Assembly: GCF_964188315.1 (NCBI RefSeq)
Contig: NC_135667.1
Span: forward strand, 17,174,001 to 17,238,000
Origin: Podarcis muralis
Taxonomy: Eukaryota
Direction: 5' to 3'
DNA: 64,000 nt
Made by a program: the position numbers and the translations under genes. The notes beneath the pieces were generated by a model, which did no database searches, was not told where the DNA came from, and saw only the letters and a list, made by a program, of their open reading frames with translations. Below, in pieces: positions 1 to 12,841 of this stretch (positions are counted from its first letter, which is position 1; each line of letters begins with the position of its first letter).

Positions 1-1181
1 GGATCACTGTGGGTTCTTAGCAGCATCTGCTCAAAGAATCTCCTACAAGGAAATTGCATGAGTTTTCCATTCCGACATTTCCATCCCATTTTGCTACCAT
101 TTCCCTCCGGTAGCAGTAAAATATTATGGGATTTTAAGAGGCATGACTTCCTGGCCAGTTTCTTATTTTAGTTATTAAAAGCATCAAACAAAGGGCAGGC
201 AGTTCTGTAGCAGTGGGGTAAACTGGAGTAATAGAAAATATTAAACACAACCTCCATAAAACTAGGAGTACTTAGCAAAGCTCCTCTCCGGAATGGAAAT
301 GGAATGAGGAAGCCGTAGCCAAAGAATTTAGAGAGCTTTGACAGCAATTGATAAAATTATGTATAGCAAGGATGGGGAACCTCCAGAGGTTGCTGAACTG
401 TAACCATAATCTCTGGCCATTGATCACATTGGCTGAGGGCTGAAGGGAACTAGAGTGCAATATCCGGAGAGCCACAGGTTTCCCCATTCTGATATGTAGT
501 GTGGATATGTGTTTTCCCACATCCCTGTTCCATATTACACCATACCGCCCTGTGATCCTCAGATGAAGGGTGGTAAAAACAAGAACTCAGGGTGATTCAG
601 TGAAATGTACTGGCAGTAGGATCATGACAGATCAGGTGACTGGCCCATCTAGTCTAGCATCATGGAAGGTATTTGTCCTATACACACACGTCATACATGT
701 AAAGCACATGCAACACACGTTTACAGCTCATGGCTCCCACCCCTAAGAATCCCCCGAGTTAAGGGTGCTGGGAACTGCAGCTTTGCAAGGGTAAAACTAC
801 AACTCCCGGGTTTGTTTTTTTGAGATGCCGCATGTTTTAAACGCATGGTGTGGCTCTGTCGTCTAAGTTTTACTCAAGGCAGACCCAGTGAAATTAATGG
901 GCATGACGAAGCTAGGGCGCGTTCATTTCAACAGGCCTACTCCTGAGCAAAACTTAGTTGCCTACCATCCCTGCTCTCACAGCGGCCAGCCAGATGCAAG
1001 CCTAAAGCAGCACCGAGTTGCAATTTATGCTTGCAACTTATGCTGAATTTGGGGCGACACATGCAGCGCTTTTGCCAAGGAAGCGGCTTCAAATGATGCA
1101 ACTGCCTGCAAACAATCGATGCTCAGCCACGGGACCCCCCCCCCATTCCCCTCTTTCATTTGCAGCCCCCCAGCTTCTCAC

Positions 1182-1335
1182 CCAAACGTTGCTGCTGCTG
1201 CTGCTGCTCCCTTTGCTCTCCCGGAAGCTCTGGCGGGGACCGGAAGCTTCCCTGCGCCGCGCGCGCCGCCTGCGTAACCCTTTCCTCCCTGGACAAAAGG
1301 ACAGCCTGTTTTCCAATCAGGAAGGGCGGGGGGGG
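1182..1335 (-). promoter_or_regulatory. CpG-rich promoter and probable non-coding first exon of an unidentified gene transcribed leftwards
   Basis: Two CCGGAAG (ETS-type) motifs, CCAAT (~1312) and GC box (~1325) in a CpG-rich patch; minus-strand donor TGG|GTGAGA at 1182/1181. Confidence 0.5.
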
Positions 1336-2549
1336 ATCGAGGAGGGGTCGCCAACCTTTTGCTTCGGACGGGGCATCAGCGGGGTAACAATGTCAGAATG
1401 TGGTCTGAAAGGTCCTGAGCGATGCTGGTCACAGTGCGAAAAGCCCTCCTCGTTGCGCCTGGCGCACCTCGTGCTCCCTCTGCGGAGTGGGAGCCAGCCC
1501 TGCACTGCTGCTGCATCGCTGTCTCTCTAGGCCGGAGAAAAGTCATATCCCTACGCCTGCTGAATAGCACAGGAGCCCCATCAGGAGACAAAATCTGCAA
1601 CTGGATTCTCGGAAGGGGTTAGGGAGGGAAGCCAGAATTCCGGCTGAGAAGGAAGTGGGGAGTCTTATTTACCAAGGGGGGTGGTACCAGGTTCAAGTCC
1701 TGGCATCTCAGGTACTCCTGGGAGAGGCCCCTGCCTGAAACCCTGGAGAGCTCCCGCAATCCGTGTTGACAGTATTGAGCGAGACGGACCAATGGCCTGA
1801 TTCACTTTTCCATTTTTTCCCTATGAGGTGTGCAACATGCTAACAAACACTGCCTTGTTTCATGTTAAATGTCACCAGAGCTAGGGGGAAATGGCCGTAC
1901 AAATCCTCCTCAAAATCCTCTCCTGCAAAATTTCGTGCCAAACATGTTACTATTTTTCCCCCCGACATCCTAACACTGACTTTCAGCGACATCTGATGGT
2001 ATCTGATATTTGACATCCAATATTAGATAGGTAAAGTGGACCGTGAGACTTCTGAGTGCGTGTAAACCACCTAAGCTAATGCCCTCCAGATAACAAACTA
2101 AATATCGATGTATGTAATTTTTATTTCTTAATTATATTTAGTGGTAGTATGGCTGTATTGTTTTTTGTAACATAAAACCATTCAATAAAAATTATTTTTT
2201 TTAAAAAAAGCTAATGCCCTCCGGAACATGGTGTGGCAGTAAATTCCGGAATAAAATTTTTAAAAGATTGTTTGGGGTCTCTGCACGTGTTCAAAGACAA
2301 TTTCGCCTTGACTTGACATGCTCTGGGGGCACTATGTCCTTCCTGTCACTGAAAGCATATTTGGGGTGGCGCCTATTAAGCAATTGACACTCCTTTCCTA
2401 ATACACAATGTCTTTGGGGTAATTTATTTTCTAACCCTTTCCCCACTGGGGAATGCCAAGTAGGTCTTCCCCCGTTGTCCTCTATTCTTGTGGGACAAAT
2501 GAAACAATATTTCTGCCCTACAGACATAATCTGATCCAGCCAGGCTGGC

Positions 2550-3660
2550 TGGCTGACAACGCGTGGGTGAAGAAATGAATTACCCAAGGTCATTTTACTA
2601 TAACGCGCGCCACGACTCATCCACGGAGCCCTTCGGCTTTTGCCATGGGGTTTGGGGCGGCGAGTGTGATTCCAGCCCTGACAACCGCCCCCCCCCCTCC
2701 ATCAGCTCTCGTCCCTGCCTGGGGGGAGATGTGGGGGGAGGTCGGAAGGCGGCACGCGCACGAGATCTCCGGTCTCCACTGGCTGCTCGTGCTCCTGGTG
2801 CGCCGGAGAAGGGAAGGGGGGAGCGGAGCCAAGCGGGAGGGCCAGGCGGGCTGGAGGAGGCGGAGCTGGGCCTGGCGGTGGTGCATTGTCTGCCGGGCTT
2901 AACCCCTCGCGTGCTGCGAGCCGTGCAGGGGGGCTATGGAGACGGTAAGGGGTGGCAGCGCGGGTGAGGGGCTGGGGAGGAAAGGGGGAGCCTTCGCCGG
3001 AAGGCACCCGGCTGCGCACAATACCAAGGGACCTTGGAGAAGGCCAGGCCGTACGCTGCCCCGGGGGCGGGAGAAGGGACAAAGATCCTGGCAAAGGAGG
3101 GGGGTTGGCAACGAGGCTCAGGTCTCCAGGCCCGGGGATCGGGAAAGGGGGTCCTCGCGGAAGGCGCGCCCCGAAGCTGCTGCGCTTGTGCGCTCTGGCC
3201 GGGGCTGCGTGATGTCGGGTTTATGGAGAGCGCGCTCCCTCTGCCCCGGCATGCGGAGATGAGGGAGCCCAGCTAAAAGCAAGAATTTGGGAGGTACAAG
3301 GAGGCGACGGAGACCTCGAGATTTCTGTAGGGAAGGACCTGCGGTTCCGAGATGCGAAGAGGAAGGCGTAAGGATATGGCCCCGATCCTTCCCAAGCGCG
3401 ATCCTTTGCAGAGAGAGGGCCTCTCCCTTTAGGCCCCGAGCGGACCTGCGGGATGCGCGTGTCCCTGGGGCATGCGCGTGGCACCGTAAACCTAAGCGAG
3501 CTCAGTTTTCCTTCCCAGCTTCGGTTCCGCCACAAGATTTCCCCCGGGGTTACGCCATACAATCAGAACACGCCAATGCCATCTTAACAGTCCTGGAGAA
3601 TCCTGGGAACTGTAGTTTGTCAGGGTGCTGGGGCATGTAGTTCTGCGAGGCCAGCAGCCT
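2550..3660 (+). promoter_or_regulatory. CpG island / promoter region of the zinc-finger gene
   Basis: High GC and CpG density; GCATGCGC (NRF1-type) near 3470; two GGGAACTGTAGT/GGGCATGTAGT (ZNF143-type) motifs at ~3605-3642; strong donor at 2945. Confidence 0.65.
2936..2944 (+). CDS. C2H2 zinc-finger gene, probable coding exon 1 (ATG GAG ACG = MET)
   Basis: gctATGG Kozak context followed by ACG|GTAAGG donor, phase 0, compatible with the exon at 4198. Confidence 0.5.
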
Positions 3661-4197
3661 TGACAAACCACAGTTCCTATTATTCTTTTTTGGGGGGGTG
3701 TGGGAGCCCAAAAAAGAGTGATACAAGAGTCGTTTAAAGGTATGGTGCACGAGTGGCGTTGGTATGACAAAGAGTCTGACTTGGAGACTTGTTTTTTGTA
3801 GGTGTGATTTACATTGTTTTATCTTACCCTCTGCATACATGCGTCATTCTCACAACAGCCCTGAAGGGTGAGCTCTGATTCGCCTTTATGCCAAGCTACA
3901 ATTCCCAGGATTCTTTGTGGGAGAAGCCGTGACTCTTAACAGTGGTATAAGGCTGCTTTAAAGTTATGGTGTGGGTGCGAAATGCCTGCCTGCTGGCTTG
4001 CCCTTCCCTCTCTCACCCCTGTGTCTGTAGGTGTCAGAGAGGGATGCTGCTTCTACAGCCCAATAGCACCAGACCTGCACAGGAGGACCCCTTTACTACC
4101 TTATCTGGCAAAATCTTTATCCAGGCCAGAGCTTACAATGTGGGAGCCTCACCCCGCTTTGTCCCCATCTACTGACACTCTCTTCTCTCCCATGCAG

Positions 4198-4373
4198 ATG
4201 GAATCGGTACCCTACCCAGGCTTCCCAGGGGATGCTGAAAACAATGGACCCTTTCCTCTGGAGGAGGACGATCCCGGCGTCCCAAAGTACCATCCGCTTT
4301 CTTTCTCCTTTTCCTTTCCTTACCTTTATAAACCCAATGAGGGCTGCTCAATTCTATGCCCATTTACCTGGGC
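4198..4373 (+). CDS. C2H2 zinc-finger gene, coding exon 2 (MESVPYPGFPGD...CPFTWA)
   Basis: Polypyrimidine tract + CAG acceptor at 4197; open frame; GC|GTGAGT donor at 4373/4374 in phase 2, matching the next exon. Confidence 0.7.
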
Positions 4374-4562
4374 GTGAGTGAATTCAGCTGGGTCTTTCTT
4401 CTGGGGAAACATGTGCAAGACCAGGCTGTGTGACACTTAACAGTCCTGGGGTTGCATATGCTCTGATGTCCATGTGACACTTGAGACTTTGATGTGGCAC
4501 TTTTGCAAGAACTCTGGTCTTGGCAGGTGGAGGTGGTTGTAGAACTGCATGCCCAAGGAAGA

Positions 4563-4773
4563 TTGTTGTTGTTGTTGTTTAGTCGTTTAGTCGTGTCCGA
4601 CTCTTCGTGACCCCATGGACCAGAGCACGCCAGGCACCTCTGTCCTCCACTACCTCCCGCAGTTTGGTCACACTCATGCTGGTAACCTCGAAAACACTAT
4701 CCAACCATCTCGTCCTCTGTTGCCCCCTTCTCCTTGTGCCCTCCATCTTTCCCAGCATCAGTGTCTTCTCCAG
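4563..4773 (-). mobile_element. BovB (RTE) LINE 3' fragment
   Basis: Minus strand encodes LEKTLMLGKMEGTRRRGQQRTRWLDSV, the RTE/BovB ORF C-terminus, followed by the BovB 3' UTR and (CAA)n tail. Confidence 0.85.
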
Positions 4774-5214
4774 ACAAGAGAAGAGGAATCTCCAGGAAGA
4801 TTGGCCTCTCCCAATTCCCTGGGCACCTCCCCTCATCCCACAAACATGGGGCCACCACTGAAAAGGCTCTGTCATGGGCCACCATCAACTAGGCAGGGCC
4901 CTGTGGCGACACCACCACTAAGGCCTCGCCTGCCCATTGCAGTGTTTGGGGTGGTTGATCTAGGCATCATTTGTGCAATACAGAAAGGAGAGTCACTTAG
5001 GAGAAAATTACCAGTGTTCTTCTGGTCAATGTAGGTATTTGATTCACAGGCTCAGGGAACCCATATTTCAGTGTGAACATCCAGTTTGTGAAAAAACCTA
5101 AAGGACTTTTGGGTCACCCCAACCCTTGGATTTTTATTTATTTTTAATGGGCATGTGAGATTTGTGTGAGGAAGGTTCTGTAAGGTTGCCCCGTCTAAAT
5201 GGCTTGTCCTTTAG

Positions 5215-5315
5215 GTTCGCAGTCGTCAAACCACATTTCCCCTGGATGGAGCACGGGGAGGAGATGCAGCTGCCAGAGCCGGGAGAGAGGCAGGAGCTGA
5301 CAGTGGTCAACGCAG
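5215..5315 (+). CDS. C2H2 zinc-finger gene, coding exon 3, degenerate KRAB-B-like (FAVVKPHFPWMEHGEEMQLPEP)
   Basis: TTTAG acceptor at 5214, CAG|GTAAG donor at 5315; phase 2 in, phase 1 out; resembles the KP-x-x-x-W-L-E-x-GEE pattern of KRAB-B exons. Confidence 0.75.
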
Positions 5316-5771
5316 GTAAGGAGCAATGGCTTGCTTGCACGGAGGGGACAATGCAGTCTAGCGGTTAGAACTTTGGACTTTGGGGAAACCAAGCTCTACA
5401 TCCCCACATGGCCAGGACGCTCACAGGGGTGACTTTGGGCTGGTTGGTCTTAGGCCTGCGATGATTTTGTTATATGCTTGATTTTCATAGCATCATAAAG
5501 CTGTAGAGTTGGAAGGAACCCTGAGGATTGCCTAGTTCAAAACCCCCTGCAGTGCAGGAATATGCAGCTGTCCGCTGGTCTCCCAGAACCAGACGAGGCA
5601 TGAAAAGGGCGGAGGAGAGGTTGGCTGCATGCAGGCACAGTTTCTGATTGCTAGAAAGACCTGGTGAGGAGGGGACCTAGGAAGCTACGGGGAGGCAGGG
5701 ATCTTCAGTCTCAGCAACTGCTCCATGGAGACAAAACCCCTCCCACAGGGTGGGAGATGAGCTGCTGTCCC

Positions 5772-5966
5772 CGGTGGCTCCAGCACCGGGGGGGGGGGCA
5801 GAGAGCAGGCGGGTGCAGGGCTGGCACACGTTCTGGGGGCGTGGCATGCTGCTTGTGGGGGCGTGGCACCCAGCGTGGGCAGGGGGGCAGCTGCGATGGC
5901 ACCCCACCGGGATCGCACTGCTGGGGGCGGTGCGCTCCCCCCCGCACTCCTCTTCCTCCGCCACTG
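5772..5966. mobile_element. hAT-type MITE
   Basis: 8-bp TSD GCTGTCCC (5764-5771, 5967-5974); imperfect CAGTGGCG-type TIRs. Confidence 0.75.
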
Positions 5967-6059
5967 GCTGTCCCCATTAGACCTGACACTCAGCCAAGTC
6001 TGCGAGGGTCGTGTTTTTGCTAATAAAGAATTAACTCCAACTTTGAACTGTGTAACAAC

Positions 6060-6345
6060 AACAACAATTTGTTTATACTTCGCACAACAACAACAACAAC
6101 AACAACAATTTATTTATACCCCGTCCATCTGACTGGGTTTCCCCAGCCACTCTAGGTGGCTCCCAACAGAGTATTAAAAACACAATAAAACAGCATACAT
6201 TAAAAACTTCCCTAAACAGGGCTGCCTTCAGGTGTCTTCTAAAAATCAGATTTAGTTCCTTGACACCTGAAGGGAGGGCGTTCCACAGGGAGGGCGCCAC
6301 TACTGAGAAGCCCCCTTTGCCTGGTTCCCTGTAGCCTCACTTGCC
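6060..6345 (-). mobile_element. L2 LINE 3' fragment
   Basis: Minus strand APSLWNALP...FRRHLKAALF motif typical of L2 3' ends, with (TTG)n tail; same family as 30588-30995. Confidence 0.75.
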
Positions 6346-6414
6346 TACACACTCCTGTGACAATAGGCCTGATCCAGCACAGCACTTCTTCACGATCTTC
6401 CTTTCTCCCACCAG

Positions 6415-8855
6415 GTTCTGACACACCAAGTGAGGAAGAGGAGGAAATGGTGGAGGGTGCTGAGGAGCAAGGGGCCTCGACTTGCCTGGAGAGCTGGGAC
6501 TGGGGCCAAGCAGCGTCAGGAGAGAAGGACGCGGAGGCCTCCGTCGCCACAGACCCTCGGCCGTTCCGCTGCTCAGAGTGTGGCAAGGGCTTTGCCCAGA
6601 GCTCAAACCTGGTGAAGCACCAGAGGATCCACACCGGGGAGCGCCCGTTCCGGTGCCCCGAATGCGGCCGCGGCTTCAGCTGGAGCTCCTCGCTGGCAGA
6701 GCACCTCAAGGCGCACGGCGGGCGCCGCCCCCACGCCTGTGGCGAGTGTGGGAAGCGCTTTGCCCGGGGCTCTACGCTCGCGGAGCACCAGCGGGTGCAC
6801 ACGGGGGAGAAGCCTTTCCGGTGCCACCAGTGCGGGGCCCGTTTCTCGCAGAGCTCCACCCTGGCGCACCACTTGCGCACGCACTCGGGCGAGCGCCCCC
6901 ATGCCTGCCCCGACTGCGGGAAGCGGTTCGGGCGCAAGTCCACCCTCGTCACACACCGGCGGACCCACACCGGCGAAAAGCCCTACCTGTGCAGGGAGTG
7001 CGGCCGCTGCTTTGGCGTCAGCTCTGACCTGGCCAAGCACGTGCGCAACCATCGCGCCAACGGCAGTGGCTGGGGGAATGCCGCTGCAGAAGTGCCCTGC
7101 CCTACTCCGCTGCCAGCCGCAGATCAGGGCAGGCAGCAAAATGAATATGCTTCGCTTGAGGGCTCAGATGCAGGTGGGCAGCAAAATGACTGTGGAGAGG
7201 AGGAGGAGGAGGAAGAGAAAACCTTTATGTGCTCTGAGTGTGGGGAAGGCTTCAGGCAGAGTTCTGAGCTGACTCAGCATCAAAGGATCCATCTGAGTGA
7301 AGTTGCGCACTGCTGCCATCAGTGTGGAGAAACCTTCCCTGACCAGTCAGAACTAGACGCCCACGAGGCAAGTCACAGTGTGGAAGAGAAGCCATACAAA
7401 TGCTCTGACTGTTACGCTTGCTTCTCTGAAAACTCTGCCCTCCAGATACATCAGAGACTACACCTTGGAGAGTTATCCCACTTCTGCCACCAAGGAGGAG
7501 AGAACTTCCCCGATAGCTCTGATGTGGAGGAGCCCCACAGCACCCACAATGGGAAGCAGAATCCCTTTGAGTGTCCAGAGTGTGGGGCCCACTTTGCCGA
7601 GGCCACTGCTTTGGCTGCACACCAGACAACCCACCTGGATGTGGAATCGTTTCCCTGCCCCCAGTGTGGGAAAACCTTCCTTGATCGTGATGAGTTGGCC
7701 CTTCACCAAGTGAGTCATGCTGGCAAAGGAGATGAGGAGGCAGAAGAGAAGCCTTATAAATGTACCATCTGCAGCACTTGCTTCCCGGACAGCAGTGATC
7801 TCCTGGCGCATAAAGTGAGCCATGGGGCGGGTGGAAGATCCCACTCCTGCCACCAATGTGGCGAAACGTTTCCTAGTGACTCGGAGCTTGCGATTCACCA
7901 GCTCAGCCACACGACAGAGGCCGCCTTAGACAAGCTGTACTCCTGCGCCGTGTGCGGCAAGTCCTTTGCGCTATTTGCCACGCTGGCGGCGCACGAGCGC
8001 ACCCACATGTCAGACGACGATGCCTACCGCTGTCCGACATGCGGTGAACGTTTTCCAGACAGCGGCAAGCTGGGGAGGCACCAGCGGCGCCACTTGGGCG
8101 AGGAGAGGCCATTCCGGTGCCCGGCGTGCGGCAAGGGCTTTGTGTTGCTTTCGGGGCTGCGGCAGCACCAACGCGACCCTCCGGCCCGGTGTCCTCAGTG
8201 CGGCGAGACCTTCGTGTGGCGCTGCCGACTCACTGAGCACTGCCGCAGCTGCCACCCGGTGGAGCGTCCCTACAAATGCCCCGATTGCGGCAAGGGATTT
8301 GCTCAGAGCTCGAAGCTCCTGCGCCACCAGGTGACGCACACCGGCGAGAAGCCGTTCAAGTGCCCCGACTGCGGCAAAATCTTTAGCCAAAGCTCCAACT
8401 TGGCGGAGCACCGTCGCACGCACGCCCCGGGCAAGGCGCACTGCTGCGCGATCTGCGGCAAGGCTTTCGCCCTGGGCTCCTACCTAGCCAAGCACCAGGC
8501 CACGCACACGGGCGCCCGCCCTTTCCGGTGCACCGAGTGCGGCAAGGGCTTCCGGCAGAGCTCCAATCTCATCCAGCACCAGCGGACGCACACCGGCGAG
8601 AGGCCCTACGCCTGCGCCTCCTGCGGCAAGTCCTTCACCCAGAACTCACACCTGGTCAAGCACCGGCGAGTTCATACAGCTGAGAGGCCGTACCGCTGCC
8701 CCGTCTGCGGCAAGAGCTTCCGGCAGCGCGGCAACCTGGCTGAGCACCAACACCAGCATGCCGGCACCCGCCCGTATGTCTGCGGCGCCTGTGGGAAGTC
8801 GTTCCGGTGGAGTTCTGCTTTCTCCAAACACCAGCGTACTCACCTTGCTCCCTGA
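6415..8855 (+). CDS. C2H2 zinc-finger gene, terminal exon with ~25 finger units (about 23 intact)
   Basis: Long ORF with repeated CxxC-x12-HxxxH and TGEKP-like linkers; CCAG acceptor at 6414 in phase 1; the four exons sum to 2727 nt (908 aa + stop). Orthologue not identified. Confidence 0.95.
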
Positions 8856-11800
8856 CCCTGTGAGGAAGGGGAGAGGGGGGAAAGCAGTCCTTCCCCCATA
8901 TCTGGCCTTCTCCGAGCACCAACGGACCTTCCTTCCTTGGTCTCTGTTTCCTACATCTAAACAGGAGATCCCTTTCTAAGAATACAGACCAGTGGACTTG
9001 GGCTGACCTGATCCTGACCTTTCGTCTTAAACTTTGCCCCTTCAATCTGACCCTGAGTATAGCATTCTGCATCCTGACTCTGAGGCCTGGCCTTCATGCA
9101 AACAGGAAACGGATTTTGAACCTCTAATGGTGCTGACAGAATCATCCTTTTCAAACTGATGGCCCCGCAGCTTCAATTTCCGTCCCCTTCTCTAAAATCT
9201 AAAATGGTCTTCATGCTGTTTCTGGGATTTTTCCCAAGGGAGCAAACCTCGTAGATTCTTGTCTCGTTCTCTGAGCATCACTAATCTTTGTCGTCATGCC
9301 CTGGTTAATTTTCTAATTTCTAATTTCAGACTTCTGATTCTTATCTTTAAATTTCAGCGATCTGAATTCAGTCCCTGAATGAATTATGTAACACCTGAAA
9401 CTTTATATTTAGCCTGTGTGAGACTCCCATTTCAAAGCCTGAAATTCTAACCAGCAAGTTCTCAACTTCATCCTTGAGCCAGTTTGTTTCCTGGATGTTA
9501 AGGAGACCCCAACAGAGAAGTGACAGACATTGAAGCTGGCCATTGTCCTCTGAACTTGAACTCAGGGCTTTAGGCCTTACTTTGTTCCCAGTAGGAGCCT
9601 GTCAAATGTACCATGGTCTTCTGTTCTTGGACAACATGAGCTTGTTGAGGGGGGCGGGGACAGTGATAGTCAAAACTATCTTTTGTAAAATTGGGAAAAC
9701 GTTTGAGAAAGTTTGTTTATTTTTCTGTTACATTTATTCTGCTGTCCCTCCAAGAAACTCAGGGCAGGTCTTTTGGGCGTTAGTTACCGCCCTTTTATCT
9801 TCCCTATTGTCCTGTGAGATGGTTTGGGCTGTTTCCCCCCTCAAAGTTACTAAAAACAGCTTTGTGGCCCAGGTCTCTGGGCGAGTGGGAGCATTTCTGC
9901 CCTCATGGAAGCTTTTTTGGAAGAGGACGGCCTGGCCTTTCTGTCCAAAGAGCTACAGAACTGAAGAGGGATCAGTCGTTAAATGACATCTGGCGGCCAT
10001 TTTGTGTGAGCCGCCGGTCCAACTGAGGAAGCAAGATCCGTGCCAGCAATGGGGAACCTGTGGCCTTCCAGATGTTGCTGGAGTCCAGCTCCCCACAGCC
10101 CCGGGGGACATAGCTGTCAGGGATGATGGGAGTTGTAGTCCAGCAACATACTGAGGGCCGCAAGTTCCCCATTCCCGGTCTAAACCATTAAGGGCAACGA
10201 GTGAAAGGAAGGAAGGAAAGTGTAAATATAGCTAGTTTGCATGATGTTTAAACAAACAGGAAAAGCAAATCTCTTCCCACAAAGGGGCAAAACGTCGTCA
10301 CCTCTTAGTTCCTTTACTTTCTGTTCCTCTCAGGCTGAATGGAACTACTGCATTTGACTCACATCTTGAACAGGGGGTTATGGAGGAAATGAATGAGGCT
10401 GATACGTGGCATATTTTCTTTATTGCCTTTAAAAGAAACTGCTGTTTGGGGAGGGACTTGTCTGGGTCAGGATATTGGAGATGGGGTAGGGAAAGAAAAT
10501 TCTTCCTGGACGAGAGTTTTAAAAGTGTTCTTTGGGAAAAAATATATATATAAAGGAATGTATTGTGCTGGGTATCTGCTTCCACGCCCCTTATTAAAAA
10601 CTAATGGGCGTTAGTCAAAAGGAATCTTTCCCACAAGTGGAACTCCCTTTTAAAGACTCCCCCCCAAATGAAAAAGCCCAAATGAACCCCCCCCCCGAGA
10701 TTCATTTATTTTTTATTAACAGGGTGGAAAGTTTCTTAGAAATGAAGTTAGATGGAAATGCTAATATTTGTCATAGGGATATACCTATCGTAAAAGACAG
10801 GAGAGAGAGGATATCGGTGACGCCCCATCACAATTCACGTGTTTATTCAGAAATGAGCCCCGCAGTGTTCAATGCAGGTGTGCTAGGTTCCATGCTAGGT
10901 TGTGGGTGCCCAGTGTGCATGTGTGACTAGGAGGTAGTGTCTTGTATGGGTGCCAAAGGGCCAGGCTGTGGCAGAAGTAGGGAGCCTGTGGCCTTCCAGA
11001 TTTTGTGAGACTACAGTTCCCATCATTGTAGCCATTGGCCATGCTGGCTGGGGCTGATGGGAACTGGAGTACAGCATCATCTGGAAGGCAACAGGTTCTC
11101 CACCTCTGGTCTGTGCTAAGGCACAAAATAGCATTCTGTGTTTGTAGACAAACTCAAGTCAGACCACTGATCCATCTAGAAAGCCAGTATCATCTACCAA
11201 CAGGAAATGGCAGTGGCTGCTCTGTATGGTCCTTTCCCAGCCCGGCTTCCTTAGGTCCATTTTCAAAGCTGGAGATACCAGGGACCGTTCATCTGCTGAA
11301 GCCTCTGCTCAACCCCTGAGCAAAGGGTCTTCTCCCGTTTTATGCTTCAGTTAATGGCTGGGTGCTACTTGGCTTGTATTCACATGGTCTTCCATGATTA
11401 CAAAAGGCATAGTCATATCCGGGTGCCCTTCTGTGGTGATTTAAAAAGAAACGATAATAATTCTGCTCCAAGGTGACGAAAATTCCGCAATGACAAAAAG
11501 GTGGATTCTGCAACCTGAATAAAATTATGCAAATGTGCATGGTTTATCTTTGTTTTTTGCTTCATTTGTTTTGCTGGTGATGCTTGGAACGGGGCAGGGC
11601 AAGGAGGAGCACTGAAATCCGCCCCCGCCCCCCCCTGCCCTGGCTGCTATAAATCTTATGCAGCAACTGTTTGCGCTGCTGAGATTCACCACCCACAAGA
11701 TTAAATGTATCTTTGGAAACACAAGAAACTTGGTTGTTGGGTGGGTGGGTGGAATGAAAAGGAAGGGAGCTGAATGCTGTGGCCGATCTCATTCTGCACC

Positions 11801-12303
11801 TTTTTTCTGCTGTTGTGTAATTGCAACATGTGTAATTGCCTGATTATAAGGGTATGTTGTTTTTAGTGAAAACAGATTGGGTTGTAAGCAGGTTTGAACC
11901 ACAGACCTAACAACAGCTTGCCAGGGATGTAACAGTTAAGATTCTGCTCTACACTGTCAGACATCATCGGATCTCAGCTGGTGGGCTCCTCCCAAACTGG
12001 AGAAGTGCAGTCCAGCCACAGGAGAGATGGGCATCCTTCAAATGTGGAGTAAGTAATGCAGCAGAGCCAGCAGTAGTCATGGTTGGGATTGTTACGTCTT
12101 CAACAGGTACATGAATGCATATTCAGTAAAGTGAGCAAGCACTTAACTCAAAAGTTTTTTGGGTTGCTTTTTAAAAAAACACACGTTTAAAATGCAACAA
12201 ATAGTGTGGATATGGCGCTGTCTAATAATTAATGCAGCAGCTGTTCTGGGGGACGCAAGCAGCAAAGGAAGGCCAGCTCTGTTGCTGCTATAACTCACCT
12301 TGC

Positions 12304-12316
12304 CCACCAGAGGGCA
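12304..12316 (+). promoter_or_regulatory. Candidate CTCF site
   Basis: CCACCAGAGGGCA matches the CTCF core consensus; motif only. Confidence 0.45.
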
Positions 12317-12487
12317 ACTGTTCTCAATGTCAGAACTGATTCTCCATCTAATCACTATTTCTTCAGCAGGGCATCTGCACCTGTTGGATTTATGGCTGCT
12401 ATAAAGGTGTTTAAGGCAGAGTACCTCTGTCTATGGGGAAATGATGGACAAGGATAGTGTTTTTGGGGGGGAGCACTGCAGACTGCA

Positions 12488-12841
12488 GGGGACGCCGGTG
12501 GTGCTGTGGGTTAAACCAAAGAGCCTAGGACTTGCCGATCAGAAGGTCGGCGGTTCGAATCCCCATGACGGGGTGAGCTACCGTTGCTCAGTCCCTGCTC
12601 CTGCCAAGCTAGCAGTTTGAAAGCATGTCAAAGTGCAAGTAGATAAATAGGTACCGCTCCGTCGGGAAGGGAAACTGTGTTTCCGTGCACTGCTCTGGTT
12701 CACCAGAAGTGGCTTAGTCATGCTGGCCACATGACCCGGAAGCTGTACGCCAGCTCCCTCGGCCAATAAAGCGAGATGAGCACTGCAACCCCAGAGTCGG
12801 CCACGACTGGACCTAATGGTCAGGGGTCCCTTTACCTTTAC
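12488..12841 (+). mobile_element. Sauria SINE, full length
   Basis: GGGACGC..GGTGG.GCTGTGGG head, GGTTCGAATCCC B box, (TTTACC)n tail; near-identical to other copies in the window. Confidence 0.9.

Noticed and set aside
6239-8441. Antisense and off-frame ORFs over the zinc-finger exon
   Set aside because: Typical stop-poor shadows of GC-rich finger repeats.
11620-11655. GC box plus TATAAAT
   Set aside because: Isolated motif with no downstream exon or CpG island.
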